In this document: positions 40,594 through 47,352 of the stretch, piece by piece
Layout of the letters: each line of letters starts with the position of its first letter
Numbering within the stretch: position 1 is the stretch's first letter
From: a virus
Direction: 5' to 3' (one strand)
IMG/VR virus record: IMGVR_UViG_3300045988_174353
Coordinates: 12,580 to 76,579 of that record
DNA: 64,000 nucleotides
Position numbers and translations under genes: made by a program
Notes under the pieces: generated by a model
Seen by the model: only the letters and a program-made list of their open reading frames with translations
Database searches by the model: none
What the model was told of the DNA's origin: nothing

Positions 40594-41238
40594 ATGAAAA
40601 ATCGCTATGATTATTTAATGGGTTCAAAACAAAATGCTCTTACTGCTATTGATGTTGTTATTCGTCCGCATCCTGCAAAACCATGGCAAAAACAATCACT
40701 TATAAAATGTAAATGTGAATGCGGGAATATAACCTTTTTACTCCCTTCCCAATTTAAGACGGGAAATGTAAAAAGTTGCGGATGTTATCGTCATCGTAGT
40801 CCTTACAATACCACACATAAACAAAGTAAAACTCTATTATATCATATTTGGGAGACAATGCGCTTGCGTTGCTCTTCTCCAAACAATAAAAAATATTATA
40901 TGTATGGCGCAAGAGGAATTAAAGTCTGCGATGAATGGTTTGACAATTTTATTGCGTTTCGAGACTGGTCTTTATCTCATGGTTGGGAACAAGGTTTGAC
41001 TCTTGACCGAATAGATAATAACGCAGGGTATTCACCTGACAATTGTCGTTGGACAACCCATGCCGTTCAACAACGAAATACTCGTAGAAATGTCTATATT
41101 ACATATCAAGGGAAAACTCAAATTCTTGCAGACTGGTGTACGGAACTGGGATTAAACTACAAAACCATTCAAAACCGTATTCTAAATGGTTGGGATAAAA
41201 TTCGTGCATTAACCGAGCCTATTCATAAACCACATTAA
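40594..41238 (+). CDS. free-standing HNH-family homing endonuclease
   Basis: The N-terminus C-x-C-x-CGN...SCGC is like the 2380..3086 gene. LTLDRIDNNAGYSPDNCRWTTHAVQQRN is HNH-like. C-terminal HTH ILADWCTELGLNYKTIQNRILNGW. Opposite strand to all neighbours. Confidence 0.7.
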   Translation: MKNRYDYLMGSKQNALTAIDVVIRPHPAKPWQKQSLIKCKCECGNITFLLPSQFKTGNVKSCGCYRHRSPYNTTHKQSKTLLYHIWETMRLRCSSPNNKKYYMYGARGIKVCDEWFDNFIAFRDWSLSHGWEQGLTLDRIDNNAGYSPDNCRWTTHAVQQRNTRRNVYITYQGKTQILADWCTELGLNYKTIQNRILNGWDKIRALTEPIHKPH

Positions 41239-41501
41239 CCCCGCAACGCTCTCATCAAAGCATCGCAGTCTATTCCCTTTTGTTTGCACATTTGCCGTAC
41301 AACCGTTTCGGGATTCTGACCTTGTACCATTTGCATAGCCTGTGCCATTTGCGGATTTTGAGCGATTATGCGTTGTATTGCGCCGTTCATATCCCCGTTA
41401 CACATAGCCTGCATTTGTTTTATTTGTTGTATACTCTGTGTGAGTTTAGGCGGTAAATTCGCCGCACCCTGTCGCATAAAGCCTTGATTCAATATATTCA
41501 T
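41235..41501 (-). CDS. Met/Gln-rich hypothetical protein
   Basis: 88-aa ORF whose start abuts the upstream stop (TAAATG). Confidence 0.55.
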   Translation of the reverse strand: MNILNQGFMRQGAANLPPKLTQSIQQIKQMQAMCNGDMNGAIQRIIAQNPQMAQAMQMVQGQNPETVVRQMCKQKGIDCDALMRALRG

Positions 41502-41681
41502 TTAATTGCTTCCCCCTCTTTTCAGAAAGTCCGTAAACAACTGTAACGAACATTTTAATTTTTTATTTTCGCGTTCCAGTTCGTCATTTGCCTCGGTAAG
41601 ATTAACTATCCGCAATTTCAAATCTCTGATTCGTTCCGTTTCGGTTTTGGGCTTGCCGTTATAGTTGGGCTGTTGGTTCAT
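41502..41681 (-). CDS. small coiled-coil protein (59 aa, below ORF-track cutoff)
   Basis: ATG 41681 follows an AAAGGAG RBS. Protein MNQQPNYNGKPKTETERIRDLKLRIVNLTEANDELERENKKLKCSLQLFTDFLKRGGSN*. Confidence 0.5.
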   Translation of the reverse strand: MNQQPNYNGKPKTETERIRDLKLRIVNLTEANDELERENKKLKCSLQLFTDFLKRGGSN

Positions 41682-42096
41682 TTAACGGTTCGCTCCTTTC
41701 GTTTAATCTTGCCGATAAAGCGTCAAATTTAGCCTGTAACGCTTCAAAATCTTTTTTACTAACAAACTCTTGCGGATTGAGTGTTTGAACCGTTTCGGGC
41801 TGTTTTGCGACTTCCTTATGCTCGGTTACGTCGTAAGCCTTTACATCAAAATGTCCTGTACCGTCAACGACTTTACGATATATCATTGATTTTTCGTTAT
41901 CAAAGAATATAAAGTCGCTGTTCGGCTCAAGCATACGCATTTTAACGTCTTCTATGCCGCTGACAAATATCTTGTTTGTATTTATCTTCGGCTGTTGCTG
42001 TGACTGCTGATAATTCGGATAAAAGTTGTTTACCGCGTATGGGTTATAGTTTGGAACCTGCGGAACTTGTTGTCCGAAATTGTTTCCGTAATACAT
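41659..42096 (-). CDS. hypothetical protein with Q/N/Y-rich N-terminus
   Basis: 145 aa starting MYYGNNFGQQVPQVPNYNPYAVNNFYPNYQQSQQQ. AAGGAG RBS upstream. Confidence 0.6.
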   Translation of the reverse strand: MYYGNNFGQQVPQVPNYNPYAVNNFYPNYQQSQQQPKINTNKIFVSGIEDVKMRMLEPNSDFIFFDNEKSMIYRKVVDGTGHFDVKAYDVTEHKEVAKQPETVQTLNPQEFVSKKDFEALQAKFDALSARLNERSEPLNEPTAQL

Positions 42097-42131
42097 ATCT
42101 GATTCGCTCCTTATCGTTTATTTGCAACTCG

Positions 42132-42159
42132 ATTTTACCATAAAAAATAGGTTTGTAAA
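42132..42159 (-). promoter_or_regulatory. putative promoter with its -35 inside the terminator arm
   Basis: Minus strand reads TTTACA (42159-42154), 16-nt spacer, TAAAAT (42137-42132). Confidence 0.5.
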
Positions 42160-42180
42160 CCCACAAAATGGATACAAACC
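42141..42180 (-). terminator. rho-independent terminator
   Basis: Minus strand has GGTTTGTA (42180-42173) pairing with TACAAACC (42157-42150), followed by TATTTTTTAT. Confidence 0.65.
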
Positions 42181-42743
42181 TAAATAATTGCCGTATTTAA
42201 CTTTTCTTTTAGTCGTTTCTTTCGAATTTGAACCGACTTTTCGTTAATGCACAACTCGTCGGCAATAACGCTTTGCTTTGTTTTAAGAATAAAGAACTGA
42301 ACCGCGAGTTTCGTATTGTCTTCGCTTAAATGAATTTCTTCGCAACGCTTTAATAATTCTGATTGCGTACAGGTCAGACAATCAAAAGGTTTCGGCGCGG
42401 TTAGTCTGTCTATCTTTGTTTCGGCTTTATCGAGTTTCTTCTTTATATAACCGATATATCCTATAAAGTAACAGAGATAAACAGTTGAGAACAAACTGAA
42501 TTTTATCGGAGCAATCAGCACCATACCCACAACAAATACAATTGCAGTAACGATTCTGCATTTAGCGTGAGTGCTACAATGATATTGATATTGAAATTGT
42601 TCGCGAATAAGCCAATGACAGAAGAAAAAGAAAATCGCTTCGACCCACTTATCAAACAGATAAGCGGGTATAATAATAGCGGCACCCGAAACGAGTACCG
42701 CCATTATCGCGTTTTTAAGTTTAATCTTCGTGCTGAATTGCAT
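42180..42743 (-). CDS. membrane-anchored protein with C-terminal sigma-region-4/LuxR-type HTH
   Basis: 187 aa. About 4 N-terminal hydrophobic helices, then LSEDNTKLAVQFFILKTKQSVIADELCINEKSVQIRKKRLKEKL. Confidence 0.6.
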   Translation of the reverse strand: MQFSTKIKLKNAIMAVLVSGAAIIIPAYLFDKWVEAIFFFFCHWLIREQFQYQYHCSTHAKCRIVTAIVFVVGMVLIAPIKFSLFSTVYLCYFIGYIGYIKKKLDKAETKIDRLTAPKPFDCLTCTQSELLKRCEEIHLSEDNTKLAVQFFILKTKQSVIADELCINEKSVQIRKKRLKEKLNTAII

Positions 42744-42882
42744 ACGAGATTATTTCGGTATTCGCTTTCGCAAGTTCAAGCAAAGTTTCTTTATCGTACT
42801 TGCCTGTTTTGATTTTAGCGATAAGTTTCTCGCTAACTTCAATTGCGGTGCCTAAATCTGTGCCGTATAACGGCAGACTCAT
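42721..42882 (-). CDS. small hypothetical protein
   Basis: ATG 42882 (MSLPLYGTDLGTAIEVSEKLIAKIK..). The start is uncertain; the alternative is 42915. Confidence 0.4.
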   Translation of the reverse strand: MSLPLYGTDLGTAIEVSEKLIAKIKTGKYDKETLLELAKANTEIISYAIQHED

Positions 42883-42892
42883 AATTCCAATG

Positions 42893-43213
42893 TTATTTTT
42901 CCTCTCCTTTACCATTATTTGTTTTATATGTAAAAGCAAAGTATAACAATGCTTCGAACATATACACATCTATAAGCAATATCAACAATGTCGCAAAATT
43001 ATAATCGGCAATCTTCGTTTTGATATTACGAATTTCAAGAGTAAAAATCTGGACTAAATTTACAGACGAGAATACAATAGCCGTAGGTTTAAGTTTTGCC
43101 TTCATAATACACGGCAATGCAATTAACGAAATATAATTTATTGCAGAGTAATATGCTGGCAAGAATCTCTTAACAAGATATCCAATTCCTATCGTTGCGA
43201 CGATAAGCAACAT
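42893..43213 (-). CDS. membrane protein (3-4 TM)
   Basis: 106-aa hydrophobic ORF. Confidence 0.55.
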   Translation of the reverse strand: MLLIVATIGIGYLVKRFLPAYYSAINYISLIALPCIMKAKLKPTAIVFSSVNLVQIFTLEIRNIKTKIADYNFATLLILLIDVYMFEALLYFAFTYKTNNGKGEEK

Positions 43214-43306
43214 TTCTATAATTGTTAATTTTGACCGTCTGCAACAAGCACAACATATTAAATAATACGAAAGAAAAGATAATACCGAACTCGCTAAATA
43301 CCAAGC

Positions 43307-43474
43307 CTATTTATGCGTATCGATATATTTACCGATTTCGCAAATCTTTTCGCTTTGAGCAGTTTCAACAACAAAAGACGGAAAGAAAATCTTTAAGACA
43401 TATAAGGAAATGAGTATCATTCCGCAAAGAATTAACCCCATTACCCATATATTATCGAATTTTTTAATCTTCAA
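43307..43474 (-). CDS. small single-pass membrane protein
   Basis: The track ORF starts at GTG 43546 but spans a promoter. TTG 43474 (MKIKKFDNIWVMGLILCGMILISLYVL..) follows a GGAAGTGAGAGAG RBS. ATG 43441 is an alternative. Confidence 0.4.
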   Translation of the reverse strand: MKIKKFDNIWVMGLILCGMILISLYVLKIFFPSFVVETAQSEKICEIGKYIDTHK

Positions 43475-43496
43475 CTCTCTCACTTCCTTATCACCT

Positions 43497-43524
43497 ATTA
43501 TATCACAAATTTTTAACTTGTCAA
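43497..43524 (-). promoter_or_regulatory. sigma-70/sigma-A type promoter
   Basis: Minus strand reads TTGACA (43524-43519), 16-nt spacer, TATAAT (43502-43497). Confidence 0.6.
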
Positions 43525-43554
43525 TAGGTAATCGGAAAATTTTCACAAAAGATT

Positions 43555-44172
43555 TTATAACTCTACGACATTATCCGTCAATTCGGAAATCTCTGTCCCC
43601 ATACGTTCTAAATATTTAACGGTAGTGCCGTCTTCCGTATACAACCCGTGAGCAATTATTTTTAGAACATTATCCGTATCGCGATAAACTTGTCCGTTTA
43701 CGCTTGATAAATGAGTTGATGCTGAATATGTAAAATGAGCCGCCGCATTGTCAGGCATTACGGGTAATGTCTCTTTTGTATAAGAAATTCCCTTACTCGA
43801 CGAAAAATCATAGAAGAAAAACTCGTTTGTAACTAATTTTAATTGTATGTAGTGACGATAAGTTTTTTGAACTTCGGAAGTTTGTTCATCCCCGTAGTCC
43901 TCATCGGTTTTTATAAAGATTTTATAACTGCTATCGTCGGCGGGCGGTTCCGTCCCGATATAAATTTCTGAAGCACTGACAAACGGCAATTCAGTAGCCG
44001 AACTGGTCCCATCGCCGACTTTTATTCTCGGCTCGGTGAAATTAAAATCCGCGTCGAAAACTATAATCTCTCCGCTATTAGGAATATACGGAGTTTCTAA
44101 CGCCGTCCATTGCGCTTCTGTACCGTGTTTACTGGTTATTTTTAATGCTCTTAATTGCTTTGCGTCTGCCAT
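43555..44172 (-). CDS. tail fibre protein with Mtd_N-like N-terminal domain
   Basis: LKITSKHGTEAQWTALETPYIPNSGEIIVFDADFNFTEPRIKVGDGTSSATELPF. The same N-terminal module occurs in 47353, 48356 and 51447. Confidence 0.65.
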   Translation of the reverse strand: MADAKQLRALKITSKHGTEAQWTALETPYIPNSGEIIVFDADFNFTEPRIKVGDGTSSATELPFVSASEIYIGTEPPADDSSYKIFIKTDEDYGDEQTSEVQKTYRHYIQLKLVTNEFFFYDFSSSKGISYTKETLPVMPDNAAAHFTYSASTHLSSVNGQVYRDTDNVLKIIAHGLYTEDGTTVKYLERMGTEISELTDNVVEL

Positions 44173-44183
44173 AAAATTTACCC

Positions 44184-44531
44184 TTAAAGAACAATAGCAT
44201 TATATTCCGCTTCAAGTTCGTTGTATTTAACTCGCCACTCTTCGCGCTGTTGACCTATTGATTCATATTCCTCGGCGGGCATTTTACCTTCAAGAAATTT
44301 AATTGCCTGATAATCGGTTTTATCCAATTGTAATTTAAGCGCATTCATTTCTGCAAGTAAACGACCTTTTTGTCTACGTTTTTCATTTTTTTGTTTTAAC
44401 GCTTCAAGTTTTTCGTTTTCGGCTTGTTTTTGCGCTTCAAGCGTTAATTTATCTTCTTCCGTAGGTATTCTTGCCCCGTCAGGAATATCGAGTTCAACAA
44501 GTTTGCCGTTTTTTTCTATTACATAAATCAT
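44184..44531 (-). CDS. coiled-coil protein, tail-fibre chaperone-like
   Basis: 115 aa. LDKTDYQAIKFLEGKMPAEEYESIGQQREEWRVKYNELE resembles the TDW..E..W..R..R..I motif of fibre assembly proteins. Confidence 0.45.
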   Translation of the reverse strand: MIYVIEKNGKLVELDIPDGARIPTEEDKLTLEAQKQAENEKLEALKQKNEKRRQKGRLLAEMNALKLQLDKTDYQAIKFLEGKMPAEEYESIGQQREEWRVKYNELEAEYNAIVL

Positions 44532-44540
44532 ATTTTACCT

Positions 44541-45605
44541 CTACGAATATAATATACTATTCCAAAAGCCATTGCTGATTATTTCAGATAGGCACTCTAA
44601 ACAATCTTTTGCAAATCCCTTTTCATTGTCGTACACAACGGCAAATTTTATCAGCGAGCCAAAAGTTTCAGATACGGTCTTAATAGTACTCTGAACTGGC
44701 AACATCGAACCGCTCGAATTTATAACATCGGAAGAAACAATGCTATCTTCAATTACTGTGATATCACTCAATGAACCATCGCTAAAAATATTCCAAATCG
44801 CTCCCTCATCAAATGTAGTCGGCATACATAATTCAAACTGCAAAAGGCTTCCACATAACACAGGAACTCTATATGCGTTAGTAATGATTTTGGTAGATAA
44901 ACTTGTCAAAACCGAACCAATTAAATCAGCCGCATTTGTAGTCGTTGGAACAATGTTTTGTGCCGCGGCTCGTCCTCGTTCAGGGGCTTCAGAATAACTA
45001 TCTGCAATTGCCTGGTCGTTTGTATAAGCGTGAATTGTTGTGATTCCACCACACAATATTTCTGACCCTAAACTACTCGCAACAATATTAAGGATTCGAA
45101 CCGCAATTTCTGTACTGCAAGAACCCATAGAAATCATATCCTGGTTGTTTGCAGACTCAATATTTACTCCGCGCACTATCACATTTGAATTTGACGGATA
45201 AAATTTTACCACATAATTTGCGCCAAGATTTAGAAATTCTCCATTTTGAACTGAGAACAAACCAGAACAATCCAAAACCGCAACACCGTTTGTACTAATA
45301 GTTGAGTCTGACAATATCGTATATATTTTACTATCCGAAGTAAGGACATCCGTATCAGTAGCAAATGGATAACTCGTACCGTCAATAGAAAGAGTAGCAT
45401 TAGTATCGGAATCGGTTCCTTCAACTATAACATCTTTCCATTGCCCGTAAACAGTGTCGTATTTTAACAAATATGCACATTTGCTCGGCGTTAAAATGGG
45501 GTCGCCAAATCCAACAATGTTAAAAGTTGAACTGTACCCGTCATGCAAAAACCTTGTAACGGCTCGCCCGATTCGCCCCATGCCGTAAATAAATACATTT
45601 ACCAT
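44541..45605 (-). CDS. glyceraldehyde-3-phosphate dehydrogenase (GAPDH) family protein, divergent
   Basis: Full-length collinear match to GAPDH motifs: IYGMGRIGR (INGFGRIGR), LLKYDTVYG, LDCSGLF, ISMGSCSTE (SNASCTTN), TTIHAYTNDQ, RGRAAAQNIVPTTTNAA, YRVPV and VVYDNEKGF. Confidence 0.85.
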   Translation of the reverse strand: MVNVFIYGMGRIGRAVTRFLHDGYSSTFNIVGFGDPILTPSKCAYLLKYDTVYGQWKDVIVEGTDSDTNATLSIDGTSYPFATDTDVLTSDSKIYTILSDSTISTNGVAVLDCSGLFSVQNGEFLNLGANYVVKFYPSNSNVIVRGVNIESANNQDMISMGSCSTEIAVRILNIVASSLGSEILCGGITTIHAYTNDQAIADSYSEAPERGRAAAQNIVPTTTNAADLIGSVLTSLSTKIITNAYRVPVLCGSLLQFELCMPTTFDEGAIWNIFSDGSLSDITVIEDSIVSSDVINSSGSMLPVQSTIKTVSETFGSLIKFAVVYDNEKGFAKDCLECLSEIISNGFWNSILYS

Positions 45606-45615
45606 ATTTTACCTC

Positions 45616-45831
45616 TTAATAATAATCGTTGCCGAGTTTTTGAAGTTGAAGTTTGACTTTGGTTGTTGAAGTCAAGTTTATCGTAGTATCAAGCGAGCCG
45701 TTATAAGTCCCGACTGTTACTCCGTCTTGTTTAATAGTTAAAGTCTTTATATCTGCAACAGTTCCACTACCCGAACCTAACCCCTGAATTTTCTTCCATT
45801 CGCGGTTCTTTTTATAATAAATAGTCGCCAT
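45616..45831 (-). CDS. short fibre N-terminal module protein (71 aa)
   Basis: MATIYYKKNREWKKIQGLGSGSG.. parallels MATFYYNKNNVWTKVDISGGGDSGG.. of 46288..46884. Confidence 0.55.
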   Translation of the reverse strand: MATIYYKKNREWKKIQGLGSGSGTVADIKTLTIKQDGVTVGTYNGSLDTTINLTSTTKVKLQLQKLGNDYY

Positions 45832-45832
45832 A

Positions 45833-46276
45833 TTATCCCTCTGTATTTATTTTAACCCAATCTAAATCGTCGGGTTCCACCATTGTATCTGTTGCGTCCA
45901 GCCAAGCCCTGTACCACACAGCCAATTCGTTATGTTGCACTTCAGTCAGCGTGTCGTACCACAACTGCCCGCGGTTAATTATCGGAAAACACTTTTCTTC
46001 ACGATTTGCCCGAATATTTGCTTTTATTTGCTCTTCGGTCTGGACGTGCGGGACAAGTTTTAATGTGCCTGTTCTGTGTCCGAGTTCATTTATTGATGTA
46101 ATTTTATCCACAACAGGATATACACTTTCGAGCAAACTAAACGCGGGAATTTCATTGACAAGAATAAAAGAATATTCGGGATTTTTTATGATATAATCTT
46201 CATAATTTTCTCCGTCCTTGACAAAATAATAACTAAAAATTTCGGGTTCTTTTGGTTTATAATTAAATACTAACAT
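45833..46276 (-). CDS. tail fibre assembly protein-like (cassette copy B)
   Basis: 147 aa, about 60% identical by eye to 46891..47346. Shared stretches: VDKITSINELGHRTGTLKLV, CFPIINRG-LWY and DTMVEPDDL-WV. Confidence 0.65.
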   Translation of the reverse strand: MLVFNYKPKEPEIFSYYFVKDGENYEDYIIKNPEYSFILVNEIPAFSLLESVYPVVDKITSINELGHRTGTLKLVPHVQTEEQIKANIRANREEKCFPIINRGQLWYDTLTEVQHNELAVWYRAWLDATDTMVEPDDLDWVKINTEG

Positions 46277-46287
46277 ATATCTCTCCC

Positions 46288-46884
46288 TTAATATTGAGGA
46301 TAAATTATAAAACTTTTGAATACATTTCCGCTTGTCCCGTAATTCCCTACACCAGTTTTTATCTTAGTAGAAGAAGTATTAGAAACATCGATAGTAAAAT
46401 ACATTCTTAACGCATCATTTGTTATTGCAATGCTGTGACCTGTATCGCTGAACCCCTTGATTGCCGAGTTGTTCAAAGTTGTCGCCGAACAGCCGCCATC
46501 TGGCTTAACTGCAACAAATGTAACGCTACTCATTTTATAAAGGTCAATAGTTTCGAAACTTTGATTTTGAGACAAAGACGAAGTTAATATTATTCCTGAT
46601 AGTGCTAATTCATAAGCCTTAAAAAAATTCGGATTATTAGAAGCATCGAATGCAATATATTTTATCCCCGTGCCAGTAGGTTTTGAAGTCGGAGCATATA
46701 TTGTTGCCCCCGCTTTTGACCTGAAAGTTGAACCATTTATCATAACAGGTTCAATCCATTTGCTGTCTCCAAATAATACTTTTGACGTTGTACCTCCGCT
46801 CGGCAATGAGCCGCCGCTATCTCCACCGCCTGAAATGTCCACTTTTGTCCATACATTATTTTTATTGTAATAAAACGTAGCCAT
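46288..46884 (-). CDS. tail fibre tip / receptor-binding protein candidate
   Basis: 198 aa. The N-terminus GGSLPSGGTTSKVLFGDSKWIEPVMINGSTFRSKAGATIYAPTSK is shared with the middle of 47353..48231. The C-termini diverge. Confidence 0.6.
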   Translation of the reverse strand: MATFYYNKNNVWTKVDISGGGDSGGSLPSGGTTSKVLFGDSKWIEPVMINGSTFRSKAGATIYAPTSKPTGTGIKYIAFDASNNPNFFKAYELALSGIILTSSLSQNQSFETIDLYKMSSVTFVAVKPDGGCSATTLNNSAIKGFSDTGHSIAITNDALRMYFTIDVSNTSSTKIKTGVGNYGTSGNVFKSFIIYPQY

Positions 46885-46890
46885 ATCTCG

Positions 46891-47346
46891 TTAATCCCCC
46901 ATATTTACATTTACCCAAGACAAATCGTCGGGTTCTACCATTGTATCGGGAGCGACTAACCATGCTTCGTACCAGGAGTCCAATTCTTGCAATTGTGCGT
47001 TAGACAGTTTATTGTACCATAACTTTCCGCGATTGATTATCGGAAAACATTTTTGTTCACGATTATATCTAATTTCGTTTTTTCTTTGTTCTGCGGTCTG
47101 AACACGCGAAACTAATTTTAATGTCCCAGTCCTATGACCGAGTTCGTTTATCGAAGTTATTTTATCCACAATAGGATAAATCCCGTCAAAGACATCGTAT
47201 TCGGGTATTTCGTCAACAAGAATAAAAGTATATTCATCGTTACGAACTATATCCTTTGTATAATCTCCGTCTTTTTCCACTTTATAATAAGTAAAAGTAG
47301 CGGAGTCGTCTATTTTATAGTTAAATACGTACATATTATCAAGCAC
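46891..47346 (-). CDS. tail fibre assembly protein-like (cassette copy A)
   Basis: 151 aa, paralogue of 45833..46276. Confidence 0.65.
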   Translation of the reverse strand: MLDNMYVFNYKIDDSATFTYYKVEKDGDYTKDIVRNDEYTFILVDEIPEYDVFDGIYPIVDKITSINELGHRTGTLKLVSRVQTAEQRKNEIRYNREQKCFPIINRGKLWYNKLSNAQLQELDSWYEAWLVAPDTMVEPDDLSWVNVNMGD

Positions 47347-47352
47347 CTCTCC

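Noticed and set aside
38519-43546. Canonical holin-endolysin lysis cassette
   Set aside because: Small membrane proteins are present, but I can recognise no amidase, muramidase, glucosaminidase or peptidase motif. The BhlA-like call for 39078..39284 rests on architecture only and is given low confidence.
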